Assembly (NCBI GenBank): GCA_965249485.1
Contig: CBDFMG010000005.1
Span: forward strand, 1 to 64,000
Length of the DNA stretch: 64,000 nt
Reading direction: 5' to 3'
DNA from: a bacterium
GTDB taxonomy: Bacteria > SM23-31
The position numbers and the translations under genes were made by a program. Under the pieces are notes generated by a model, which saw only the letters and a list, made by a program, of their open reading frames with translations, had not been told where the DNA came from and made no database searches. Below are positions 53,136-62,706 of the stretch, piece after piece. The first letter of the stretch is position 1, and each line of letters begins with the position of its first letter.

Positions 53136-53216
53136 GTAAGAACAATAACGATATGTTGGCTTGAAAACAAATCATTGCTTTCAAACAATAAGAAAAAATC
53201 TGGGAGCAGAAAATAG

Positions 53217-54053
53217 ATGGCTACAATACTAAAAGTCGATAAGGGCCAAAGAGGAATTTATGACAAAAGAAACAAGGTCAACAATCTTACTGGAAAGGAA
53301 TGGCTTCAAATGTCAAAAAGCGTCTGGATAAGCAAGAGAAACGCCATAGACAAAGATGCGTTTGAACATCCTGCACCATTTTTGATTGAAGATATTAAAA
53401 GATTAATTCTTCTCTTTACAAAGGAAAATGATCATGTCGCAGATATTTTTATGGGTAGCGGAACCACTGTCATATCATCTGCGTTAGCTGGACGACATGG
53501 GATAGGCATTGATCTCAACAAACAATATTGCAATCTGGCAAAAAAAAGACTTCGTAAGCTCAAGGTTCCAAAAAAGGACTATTCTATAATTAACGGTGAT
53601 TCCTTAGAGGAGATAAAAAAACTAGATATGATAGACTATTGTGTAACATCTCCTCCATATCACAACATACTAAAAAACAAGGGAATGGGATTGCGACATG
53701 ATGGTAGTCAAAAAAGACAGGGAATAGAATATTATTCAGATGACTCAAATGATGTGGGTAACAAAAAGACGTATCCTGCATACCTAAAATCAGTTGAAAC
53801 GATAATGAAAGAAGTGCATAGTAAACTTGGTGACAAAAAATACTGTACTGTGATAATTAGTGATTTTACAGTAAACAAAAAAGAGACAAATGCACACGGA
53901 GATATGATAAACATTATGCAGCGCATCGGATTTGAGTTTGTTGGAAATATTGTTCTGGTACAAGACAGCAAACCACTGTACCCTTTTGGGTATCCATATG
54001 CATTTAAGATAAATCATGTCCACCAATACCTCTTGAATTTCAGAAAAGTGTGA
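53217..54053 (+). CDS. N4-cytosine/N6-adenine DNA methyltransferase
   Basis: HPAPF, DIFMGSGTT, VTSPPY. Confidence 0.9.
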   Translation: MATILKVDKGQRGIYDKRNKVNNLTGKEWLQMSKSVWISKRNAIDKDAFEHPAPFLIEDIKRLILLFTKENDHVADIFMGSGTTVISSALAGRHGIGIDLNKQYCNLAKKRLRKLKVPKKDYSIINGDSLEEIKKLDMIDYCVTSPPYHNILKNKGMGLRHDGSQKRQGIEYYSDDSNDVGNKKTYPAYLKSVETIMKEVHSKLGDKKYCTVIISDFTVNKKETNAHGDMINIMQRIGFEFVGNIVLVQDSKPLYPFGYPYAFKINHVHQYLLNFRKV

Positions 54054-54154
54054 TTTTACATTGATTCTTTGAATGATTTTATGAAAGAATCCTCATTCCC
54101 TGTATTGTCTTTTGTAAAATTTTCAAGGTTCCTAGAAATTGATCAAGAAGATGT

Positions 54155-54242
54155 AGGAGCTGGGGGAAGTGACGCTTGTGGAGAGTGCAAAGCATTCAAT
54201 GAAACAAGAAGAGGCCACCGTACTTGTTGGGTGGTAGTTCAC
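54155..54242 (+). mobile_element. orphan tnpB 3' end / right end (omega-RNA scaffold region)
   Basis: 88 bp matching 59340-59427 (minus strand) with 3 mismatches. Confidence 0.85.
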
Positions 54243-54305
54243 TGATTAGTTTAGAGAATGATTCATTTCTGAAATTTTAGAAGATCTTTAACATAAACCA
54301 AAAAT

Positions 54306-54644
54306 TTGACAGACTGTAAACGCTGCGGAATTATAATCCTATTTGAGAATGGATTGTGCTTTTCTCAAAATGGAGTTCCTCATGATATTAGAAGATGTAA
54401 GACTATTCCCGGATATGTTTGGTGTCCAATACATAGAGCAAAATTCTCAAAAAGACATCCATGTGAACATTATGTACAATATGGATATGAATCTGATTAC
54501 AAAAGACTCAAACGAATTAGAGAGATTGGAATCGAGCTTTTGGATGCTGGCAAAAAAACCAGAGAGACAAACACACCATACCATATGATTCAAAAATTTC
54601 ATGATTTCAAGTTTGCAATATTTGGTAAGGAGATGAGCTTTTGA
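54306..54644 (+). CDS. hypothetical Cys/His protein
   Basis: 112-aa ORF with a TTG start. Confidence 0.4.
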   Translation: MTDCKRCGIIILFENGLCFSQNGVPHDIRRCKTIPGYVWCPIHRAKFSKRHPCEHYVQYGYESDYKRLKRIREIGIELLDAGKKTRETNTPYHMIQKFHDFKFAIFGKEMSF

Positions 54645-54853
54645 GCTGTAATGAAATTTGTGTAAAATACAAGGCACTAAAACCTTCTACAGGAGGAAGA
54701 TATGCAGCAGGACAAAAACGATGTATGTCCTGTGAAATTTACATAAACTTTCCAGGAAAATATTGTCCTTGCTGTAAACACAGACTTAGAACAATGCCAC
54801 GCAACAGCAAGTACAAAGCAAAGTACCGAGCAAGTAAGGAGGCAAATTCCTAA
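54641..54853 (+). CDS. small Cys-rich Zn-binding protein
   Basis: CNEIC..GQKRCMSCEIYI..CPCC..LRTMPR; AAGGAG RBS. Confidence 0.6.
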   Translation: MSCNEICVKYKALKPSTGGRYAAGQKRCMSCEIYINFPGKYCPCCKHRLRTMPRNSKYKAKYRASKEANS

Positions 54854-54953
54854 TGGCTCAATTTGGAAGGCATCTTGACTGTAGAGCCAATAACTGTAAT
54901 TTTGTAGCAAAGACTCAACGAGAATTAAAAAAACACATGGAGGAACATGGGAT

Positions 54954-55508
54954 TTGAAACTAGAAGAAGCTAGAGCAATTGCAAATAACTTACTTAATGA
55001 AATTGGAGGTCATTTTGAAATTTTACAAATTGTAGGTTCAGTTAGGCGTAATTGTGAGGCAGTACATGATATAGATTTTGTTGGAATTAGAAAATCTGAA
55101 TCTGAATATAATTTTGGAGAACTAAGTCTAGAAGCTCATATACAAATTCTTGATCCTATGGGATATGTAGAAACAAAAACCAAAACTAACATCACTAGAT
55201 TCTTAGATGGTCCATTAATCAAACGATTCCGATACAAAGAAGCTTCAATTGATTTGTATCTTGCAGATGGGCCAACATTTGAAACTCTAAAACTAATCAG
55301 AACAGGTTCCAAAGAACATAACATTAGATTAACAACACTTGCAAGAAGTAAAGGACTCAAACTATTTGCTTCTGGAAAAGGGCTTTGCAAAATTAAAGGG
55401 GGAATCTACAACAACGAGCCTGAAGAGATTGTCAAAGTAGTTGAAAATACTGAAGATGGAATCTTGCAGAATCTTCTTGGACGAATTCCAAAACCTGAGG
55501 AGAGATGA
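54954..55508 (+). CDS. minimal PolX-family nucleotidyltransferase (palm and thumb only)
   Basis: VGSVRR..HDIDFV, IDL, TGSKEHNIRL..LA..KGLKL, IPKPEER. Confidence 0.8.
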   Translation: MKLEEARAIANNLLNEIGGHFEILQIVGSVRRNCEAVHDIDFVGIRKSESEYNFGELSLEAHIQILDPMGYVETKTKTNITRFLDGPLIKRFRYKEASIDLYLADGPTFETLKLIRTGSKEHNIRLTTLARSKGLKLFASGKGLCKIKGGIYNNEPEEIVKVVENTEDGILQNLLGRIPKPEER

Positions 55509-55671
55509 AATTGAAAGGACTTTGCCATACTTGTCATTCCAGTAATGTAAAAACTGAGTTAGATGAATTCAAAAAACCAATCTGTATTAGTTGTAGAGAA
55601 GAAAAAGCTGCAACCAAAAGACAACAGGAGGATCAAAATTGAGTGAATCACAAGAAGAACTTCTGTCAAGA

Positions 55672-55716
55672 GTGAACTACCACCTAACAAGTACGGTGGC
55701 CTTCTCGCCGTGTGGT
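55672..55716 (-). mobile_element. 45-bp family-A mini-element with a chimeric hairpin
   Basis: Minus strand reads TTATA|ACCACACGGCGAGAAGGCCACCGTAC-TT-GTTAGGTGGTAGTTCAC. Confidence 0.88.
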
Positions 55717-55946
55717 TATAACCTAACGCCCAAAAATATCTGAAATGAACTAACTAGCATCACACTAGCATTGCACAAGATACACCACAACACAAGTTAG
55801 AGGTACAAGATGCCTGACAAGTCCTTGAATCGTGAACATGCAATGCGATGTGTGTGTGGGCATGCAAGATTTGAACACAAAAACAACTCACACATACCTC
55901 ACATGGAAAAACATCCAAAGTATAACTTTGAGTGCTGGATGCTTGA

Positions 55947-56516
55947 ATGCGACTGCACAAAATACACCCAACAGCAATGAAGTTCCAAAAACCGACAAGC
56001 AGGTACAGAGTCGATTCTGATCCTCATATCTGGCCATGGTGGACTGTAAGGGTGCAGAAAAACTCTGTGATTCACAAACTTTTATCCGCGCTTGCAGACC
56101 GTCCGCTAAAGTCAAAGGAGACAGAAAGGCACCATGACCTGAGACAAACCTCAGTGATTCGTGCGATACATTATGGACTGGTAGAAAGAAAAGGCGATAC
56201 ACTGCACATCACAGAGGACGGCAAAAAGATCCATACAGCACTACAGATTGGGATACCCCCACAGTCATTACTTATTTTAGGTGTGATATACGCAAAGATG
56301 TATTTTGTTGGATTTTACATAAGGTTGCCTGAGCAATACATGCATGTCAACATATCACAAGACCAAGTGAAATATGGCTTTAGGCATCTGTCAGATAAAA
56401 AACTGATTCGCAGAATAAACGTTCCAAAAATCTGGTACATCCCACAAGACAACATGAGACGACTTGGTCCATATCATGAAATTCTGCTGAATATCAGCGA
56501 ACAGATCTTGTATTGA
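55947..56516 (+). CDS. putative winged-helix protein
   Basis: GLVERKGDTLHITEDGKK wing motif. Confidence 0.5.
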   Translation: MRLHKIHPTAMKFQKPTSRYRVDSDPHIWPWWTVRVQKNSVIHKLLSALADRPLKSKETERHHDLRQTSVIRAIHYGLVERKGDTLHITEDGKKIHTALQIGIPPQSLLILGVIYAKMYFVGFYIRLPEQYMHVNISQDQVKYGFRHLSDKKLIRRINVPKIWYIPQDNMRRLGPYHEILLNISEQILY

Positions 56517-56935
56517 TGTCAATGAGCAACAATTCTGGTGATGCGACACAGATTGACGCGCTTGCAGCATATATTGAGCACTCTTGTAACATACCAAAGT
56601 TTCGGATTAAAAAAGAGCACTATATCCTGCTTGAGAGAAGAAGATACACGCTGCTTGGCGTGTACACAAAGATCGGCGCAGTCATATTCAGTCGCACGAT
56701 AATTCACAGGCCAGACATTCTAATACTTGATCCAAAACTGTCGAAAATACGTCTGCTGATAGAGCTTGACGGCTCATCGCATGATCATATTAAAAAAAAT
56801 CGCAGAAAAACAAGAATACGTAATACAAACTATCACCGTGCGCGCATTCCCTATTTTGTGATTAACATCAAAAAGTATAGGGAAGAGCACAAGTCGTGGT
56901 TTGATGCAATTGACAGGTGCCTGAAACACAAATGA
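56513..56935 (+). CDS. DUF559/Vsr-like PD-(D/E)XK endonuclease
   Basis: RPDIL...LIELDGSSH...RN..Y. Confidence 0.65.
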   Translation: MMSMSNNSGDATQIDALAAYIEHSCNIPKFRIKKEHYILLERRRYTLLGVYTKIGAVIFSRTIIHRPDILILDPKLSKIRLLIELDGSSHDHIKKNRRKTRIRNTNYHRARIPYFVINIKKYREEHKSWFDAIDRCLKHK

Positions 56936-56991
56936 AACCATACAAAAAACCACCGCAGAGGTAACAGCACCTTAATTCACACAATCATATA

Positions 56992-58002
56992 TTGGAAAAT
57001 CCTACTGCTGTAGAGTTATTTGCAGGTGCAGGAGGAATGGCACTAGGTCTAGAGGAAGCACATTTTGATACTAAAATGCTTGTTGAATATGACAGAGACT
57101 GTGTACTAACTCTGAGAAAAAACAGACCAAAATGGAATGTAATACATCAAGATATTTCAAAGGTAAAATTCAAGGGAATCAAAGCTGATTTGATCACTGG
57201 CGGTTTTCCATGCCAGTCATTTAGTCATGCAGGTAACAAGCTTGGATTTGATGATGTGAGAGGCACAATGTTTTACGAGTTTGCACGGGCTGTTAAGGAG
57301 ATGAAGCCAAAAATATTCCTAGCTGAAAACGTAGAGGCGATAATTAGAAACAATGATGGTAAGACATTACAGGTTATCTTGAATGTTTTAGAATCATTGG
57401 GATATTTTGTACAGTATAAAGTGTTAAACGCTGTTGATTACAAGGTTCCACAAAAACGCAAGCGAGTCATCTTTGTGGGGACATCAAAGGGAATAAAATT
57501 TGAATTTCCAAAATCTAATAATGAAACAGTCACATTAAGACACGCCTTGCAGGATGTTCCAAAATCCCCAGGTACAAAATATTCGGAATCAAGAAAGAAG
57601 ATACTTGACCATGTGCCTGCCGGTGGTTCTTGGGTAGACTTGCCAGTCAAACTACAAAAAGAATATCTCGGTAAGAGCTACTATTCCACAGGAGGCAGAC
57701 GAGGCATGGCAAGAAGAATATCATTAGACGAACCATGTCTTACTTTGACCTGTTCACCAGCTCAAAAAATGACCGATAGAATCCATCCAAAAGAAACTAG
57801 GCCATTTACCGTAAGAGAGTATGCAAGGATACAGACGTTTCCAGATTCATGGAAGTTTGAGGGAGGCATGACTTCACAATACAAGCAGATAGGAAACGCA
57901 GTACCGGTAAGACTGGCTACTGCATTAGGCAAGTCACTATACAACTCATTGAGACGACCTGAACTGGTTGTAAGTGTAAGACAGACAAAACTAGCGTGTT
58001 AA
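56992..58002 (+). CDS. C5-cytosine DNA methyltransferase (TRD resembles the Sau96I/Eco47II group)
   Basis: LFAGAGG, GFPCQSF, ENV, MARRISLDEPCLTLTCSPAQK, IGNAV. Confidence 0.92.
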   Translation: MENPTAVELFAGAGGMALGLEEAHFDTKMLVEYDRDCVLTLRKNRPKWNVIHQDISKVKFKGIKADLITGGFPCQSFSHAGNKLGFDDVRGTMFYEFARAVKEMKPKIFLAENVEAIIRNNDGKTLQVILNVLESLGYFVQYKVLNAVDYKVPQKRKRVIFVGTSKGIKFEFPKSNNETVTLRHALQDVPKSPGTKYSESRKKILDHVPAGGSWVDLPVKLQKEYLGKSYYSTGGRRGMARRISLDEPCLTLTCSPAQKMTDRIHPKETRPFTVREYARIQTFPDSWKFEGGMTSQYKQIGNAVPVRLATALGKSLYNSLRRPELVVSVRQTKLAC

Positions 58003-58167
58003 AACGCCTTTCTAAACCATAATTTTAGATTCTCAATGTCCTTCATTGTGTGAGAAATCTGTACGCCAGTTGCGAGATTTTGCAAAAGTAGAGGTTGGGA
58101 TTACCACTGGCTATAACCAGTTTTTCTCAGTCACAAAATCACTAGTAAATGAATTTGAGATGCAAAA

Positions 58168-58977
58168 ATGAGTCAAAAACTATTACCTGTGATAAAATGG
58201 AGTGGGAGTAAACGTTCACAAGCTTCAAAAATTGTAAGTTTATTTCCTGATTTTGAAAAATATTATGAGCCTTTTCTTGGAGGAGGTTCTGTACTAATTC
58301 AGTCAAATGCAAAAACTGCAATTTGTGGAGATGTTTGTAAGCCTCTAATTGATTTTTGGGATTTGATTAAAAACAATCCTTCCAAATTAGTGGAAGAGTA
58401 TGAATCACGATGGACAAAACTTCAAGATGAAGGATATATGACATATTATCACATCAGAGATGAATTCAATCAAAATCAGAACCCATATGATTTACTCTTT
58501 TTATCTAGAACCTGTGTCAATGGTTTGATTCGTTTTAACAGTAAGGGAGAATTCAACAATTCTTTCCACCACACTAGAAAAGGAATCAATCCACAAACAT
58601 TAGCTAAAATCATTTTTCAATGGTCAGATTTAATTCAGAGTCACATCTTTATCCACGGTCATTACACTAAAACTACAAAGAAAATCACGCCTAAAGATTT
58701 CGTATATCTAGACCCTCCTTACTTCAATACAGTTGGCATGTATTATGGAAAAATCATACATGATGATCTTATTGCTTATCTAGAGGAATTAAATTCAAAA
58801 AATATCAAATTTGCATTGTCTTTTGATGGTCAAAGAGCTTCAAAAAAATACTCAGGAAATTTACCTAAAAAATTGTTTAAGCGTCATCTGCTTTTAGAGT
58901 CAGGTAACTCTTCATTCAAAAAAGTTATGTATAAACAAGTTGAAAGTGTAAAGGAATCCATCTATCTTAATTTTTAG
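58168..58977 (+). CDS. Dam-like (D12) adenine methyltransferase
   Basis: KWSGSK, EPFLGGGSV, YLDPPY. Confidence 0.9.
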   Translation: MSQKLLPVIKWSGSKRSQASKIVSLFPDFEKYYEPFLGGGSVLIQSNAKTAICGDVCKPLIDFWDLIKNNPSKLVEEYESRWTKLQDEGYMTYYHIRDEFNQNQNPYDLLFLSRTCVNGLIRFNSKGEFNNSFHHTRKGINPQTLAKIIFQWSDLIQSHIFIHGHYTKTTKKITPKDFVYLDPPYFNTVGMYYGKIIHDDLIAYLEELNSKNIKFALSFDGQRASKKYSGNLPKKLFKRHLLLESGNSSFKKVMYKQVESVKESIYLNF

Positions 58978-59344
58978 TTAATGCTGATTTCAGATGCGAG
59001 TAAAATTATGACGTGAAAATACCGTTGAAGGTAAAGGATAAGATGAAGATTACACTAGAAAATCCATAATCTAAGCCCTGCTAACTTGACAGAACCCAGA
59101 ATTTCCAGTAAAGGTCTCATCAGATGGTAGACATAGTATGATTTGTAGAATCCCAAAACCAGTTCTTGATTTTTTGAACAATCCCAGACACATACGATTT
59201 ATGATAAAAGGAAAGCATATCATCATTCAGGAGGGAAGTAACAACGTCTAAAACTTTTATAAAAAAATTAGGTCTTGAAAAACAAACTCCTTTCTATACT
59301 ACATCTAGAGGAGTATTGTATAATGATGATTCCGTGTCAGTGAA

Positions 59345-60520
59345 CTACCACCCAACAAGTTGGGTGGCCTCTTCTTGTTTCATTGAATGCTTTGCACTCT
59401 CCACAAGCGTAACTTCCCCCAGCTCCTGAGGTAGTTTGTTTAATCCTTTGTTTAGGATATTGATTGATGCGTTTTGATCTCTATCCAAGATCAAGTTACA
59501 CTTGTCGCATCTGTGAATTCTGATTGCCAAACTTTTTGGTACTGCACTGCCACATCTTGAACAGTCGACAGTTGTGTTTTTGGGATCAACTCTGACTAGC
59601 ATCTTGCATTTGTATTCCAGTTTTTGTATGAAAGCGCCCCAGCTTGCATCCATGATTGGCTGTGCCAGCCTGTGATTTTTTACCATGTTGGTCAGCTGCA
59701 GTTTTTCAACAAACACAACATCATTGTTTTTGGCATACTGCGCTGACAGCTTGTGCTGAAAGTCATTTCTCCTGTTTGCAATCTTTTCATGTATTTTCTG
59801 CATTTTGAGAATTGATTTTAGCCTGTTGTTTGAGCCCCTCTTTCTTCTTGATACCTTTCTCTGGATTCTTCTCAGTGGCTTTAGCATCTTTTGCAGGTTC
59901 TTTGGGTTGGGTGTCTGCGAACCGCTGCTATCGTATGCAAATGATTTTATCCCAACGTCAATGCCTGCCGCTTTAGAAAATGAGATCTTTGGAATGCTGG
60001 TTGCTGATTCTTGCATGTCTACAGTCAAGCACGCAAACCATTTGCCTGACTTTGATTTTGTCACTATTGCCTGCTTGATGTCTGAATCCTCTGGAATCAG
60101 ACGGTGTTGCCTGATTTCTATACATCCAATCTTTGAGAGATACAACAGATCAGTGTTGCTGTGTCGTTTGATCTTGAATCCAGTCTGGTTATAGGTAAAT
60201 GTCCTAAAGTCATGATACCTGCAAAATCGCAAACTTCCTGTCCTGTATCCTTTTTTGGATTTTTCAATCAGTGCCTTTTGAGCTCCGTCTATCTGTGATG
60301 ATACTGACTGGAGCATTTTAGAATGGTACTGATACAGCCATGATTCCTGTTGTTTTAGCTCAGTCAGAAAATAGTTGCAGTCATTTCGTGACACAAATCC
60401 GTTTCTGCCAAAATCTACAAGTCTGTTGTATACCCACCTGCATACTGCCAGGTTGTTTTGCAATTTCTTTTCCTGAGCGTCATTTGGGTACAGTCTGAAT
60501 CTGTAGTTTCTTGTTATCAT
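59345..60520 (-). CDS. tnpB: TnpB RNA-guided endonuclease
   Basis: YRFRLYP N-terminus, RuvC D (GIDVG), E (VEKL) and D (DRDQNA), CSRC/CDKC Zn finger. Confidence 0.95.
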   Translation of the reverse strand: MITRNYRFRLYPNDAQEKKLQNNLAVCRWVYNRLVDFGRNGFVSRNDCNYFLTELKQQESWLYQYHSKMLQSVSSQIDGAQKALIEKSKKGYRTGSLRFCRYHDFRTFTYNQTGFKIKRHSNTDLLYLSKIGCIEIRQHRLIPEDSDIKQAIVTKSKSGKWFACLTVDMQESATSIPKISFSKAAGIDVGIKSFAYDSSGSQTPNPKNLQKMLKPLRRIQRKVSRRKRGSNNRLKSILKMQKIHEKIANRRNDFQHKLSAQYAKNNDVVFVEKLQLTNMVKNHRLAQPIMDASWGAFIQKLEYKCKMLVRVDPKNTTVDCSRCGSAVPKSLAIRIHRCDKCNLILDRDQNASINILNKGLNKLPQELGEVTLVESAKHSMKQEEATQLVGW

Positions 60521-60567
60521 GAAGTTACCCAGCTTTGATATTGTGATGCAATGTTAAATTGTTTGTC

Positions 60568-60691
60568 ATGAGAACCGCTGCAAGCTCGGCTGCATGCAAT
60601 ATCAACTATCATTTGGTATGATATCCAAAATATCGCAAGAAGATTCCAGGTGGCAGAACAATTGAGACATATTCGTGAACAGGAAAAGTAG
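60568..60691 (+). pseudogene. tnpA: Y1 transposase remnant
   Basis: NINYHLV*YPKYRKKI N-terminal motif with a stop, joined to an RHIREQEK* C-terminal stub. Confidence 0.75.
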
Positions 60692-60792
60692 GCGATTCAT
60701 CCACCGTACAAGTACGGTGGTCTTCTCGCCGTGTGATGATAACAATAACACTAAACGGTTCTGATAGACTTCGGTGATCCGATCACTAAAAT

Positions 60793-61014
60793 TTACCAGA
60801 ACCTGGTTTTGGTTCTGGCTTTTTTTAATCGCTCAATTTCTTCCTGTAATGTTGTGAAACTTTCTCCTTGTAAATCTTTCAGTATTGCTTCTGTATCATT
60901 GAATGCTCTAATTGGTTTTGTAACTATGGTTCGAAGTTTTTTGTACTCTTGATATTCTTGTAATGCTTTTTGTTGTTTTTTATCAAGCACGTCTGTTCTT
61001 TTCATGTTCATCAT
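60793..61014 (-). CDS. hypothetical protein
   Basis: 73-aa ORF downstream of a mini-element. Confidence 0.45.
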   Translation of the reverse strand: MMNMKRTDVLDKKQQKALQEYQEYKKLRTIVTKPIRAFNDTEAILKDLQGESFTTLQEEIERLKKARTKTRFW

Positions 61015-61032
61015 TGCTGTATAAATTTAATC

Positions 61033-61077
61033 GTGAACTACCACCGTACAAGTACTGTGGCCTTCTCGCCGTGTGAT
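61033..61077 (-). mobile_element. 45-bp family-A mini-element
   Basis: Minus strand reads TTATA|ATCACACGGCGAGAAGGCCACAGTACTTGTACGGTGGTAGTTCAC. Confidence 0.9.
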
Positions 61078-61127
61078 TATAAAGGGAAAAGATAAGTGGT
61101 TGACATTGATACAAAATTCGACATATT

Positions 61128-61475
61128 ATGGTTGATTTAGACACTCAAATGAAAATAGATACTTTGCTAGATTATGCTTATGATAAAACCATTGAAAGAA
61201 TAAACGCAATAGAAGATGCACAACATAACATCTATCAAACATTGCTCATGACAAAAGGAGATCACAAGTCATTTCTTTGTGCATACATTAATTATTATTG
61301 TGGTTGTTTAGAAGGCATATTTTTCACTAGATTCCTAGAAGAAGTTGATAGAATGCCTTCACCATCAGAAAATGTGTTCATAAAAGAATCTATGGAACCC
61401 AAGCTTGAGGATTTAAAAAAAATTGTTCTAGATATAGCAACCAAAAAATTTGATGAACATGAATCCAATGTATGA
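61128..61475 (+). CDS. hypothetical protein
   Basis: 115-aa ORF. Confidence 0.5.
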   Translation: MVDLDTQMKIDTLLDYAYDKTIERINAIEDAQHNIYQTLLMTKGDHKSFLCAYINYYCGCLEGIFFTRFLEEVDRMPSPSENVFIKESMEPKLEDLKKIVLDIATKKFDEHESNV

Positions 61476-61622
61476 ATTTTGTAATGAGTATCTGGTCTCA
61501 AACGGTTCTGTGTAATCTGCGAGGGTCTATTTTCAAATCTTTTACCTGTTCACATTCGAGTGCTGATATGAACAAAAACAGGAAAAAGCAGAAATTAAAT
61601 ACCAAAAAAACCATTTACTAGC

Positions 61623-61880
61623 ATGAGGCCCATTTATGCAGAAATTCCAGTATTGTTTATTGAAGATTGTGAAAAAATAACTGGTATTCCTTGTAAGTCA
61701 ACAGATTTTAAATCATGTGATGCATGTGATGAAATAGCCTATAATTGTGGAGATGAAGCAATACAAACCATGGATGAGAAAGGTTATGATGTTTATGATT
61801 TATCGGGCCCATACATTTCAGATGAAGCAGAAAATAGAGGCAAATGGACAGTATGGACTAAATGTTTTAAAAAAAAGTAA
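61623..61880 (+). CDS. hypothetical small acidic Cys-containing protein
   Basis: 85-aa ORF. Confidence 0.4.
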   Translation: MRPIYAEIPVLFIEDCEKITGIPCKSTDFKSCDACDEIAYNCGDEAIQTMDEKGYDVYDLSGPYISDEAENRGKWTVWTKCFKKK

Positions 61881-61981
61881 CTAGCCTCCGCAAGTAAACA
61901 CAAAGAATTTCGGTATTTCAAACCACGTAGATTGCACAGAGCCAAACAAAATTAGATAGCGTTCTTGAAAAAATTAAAAAA

Positions 61982-62368
61982 TCACATGTAAGAAGTTAAT
62001 TTACCAAGTAAATGATTTTCCATTGGAATGACATTTTTTACCCAAATTCTAGCTCCGTTGGGGTGAAAATATTTTTTTGGCTCATCAAATGTTTCACAAA
62101 CATCTATTTCCCATGCGTAACATGAGAAACCATCATCAATATCTTCAACAGATGACTGATGTAAATTATAATTTTCTTTTAGTTCTTTAAATCCTAGTGG
62201 ACCTTTAGTATTTTTTATCTTGATCTTCCCTAACATGTTTCCCTCACTTAAAAGATAAACTTCTGAATTGATTTTTTCTGTTGGAGGTTTTCGAGTTCTT
62301 AACTCCCATGTTTTCTTTTTCCCAATAATCAAATTTGCATATGGTTGACTAACAATTAACCCATCCAT
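61982..62368 (-). CDS. ASCH-domain protein
   Basis: GLIVSQPYANLIIGKKKTWELR; YAW; HPNGARIWV. Confidence 0.85.
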   Translation of the reverse strand: MDGLIVSQPYANLIIGKKKTWELRTRKPPTEKINSEVYLLSEGNMLGKIKIKNTKGPLGFKELKENYNLHQSSVEDIDDGFSCYAWEIDVCETFDEPKKYFHPNGARIWVKNVIPMENHLLGKLTSYM

Positions 62369-62706
62369 TATTTTACACTCTTAAACTCTGAAATTCTTCT
62401 TTATAACCTTCTTTGTCAGAATCCGTAATAATTATGAGAAAAAAAGAGTCAAAGAATTTCATCCTAGGCTGGTTAATAAGGTAATATACTTTGGAAAACA
62501 GAAAGGTTTGGGATATGACGTGTCATCAATAGTTGCAAAGGATCCAAATGCAGAACCATACAAATATCATGTGGAATTTCAATTCGATCCCAAAGAAGAT
62601 GAGAGTAAATGGCTGAGAATTTAAAGGCAGTATCATTATTGTTCAAGCTGGGTAAAAACAAGGTGTCTATTGAGGCGGGTAGTAAATGAGAAAATGGTAG
62701 GATAGT

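Larger units (their letters stand above)
59340..60737 (-). mobile_element. IS605-group element, family A (1398 bp; intact tnpB, degenerate divergent tnpA)
   Basis: LE TTATC|ATCACACGGCGAGAAGA-CCACCGTAC-TT-GTACGGTGG-ATGAATCGCC; RE GG-CCACCCAAC-TT-GTTGGGTGG-TAGTTCAC. Confidence 0.9.
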
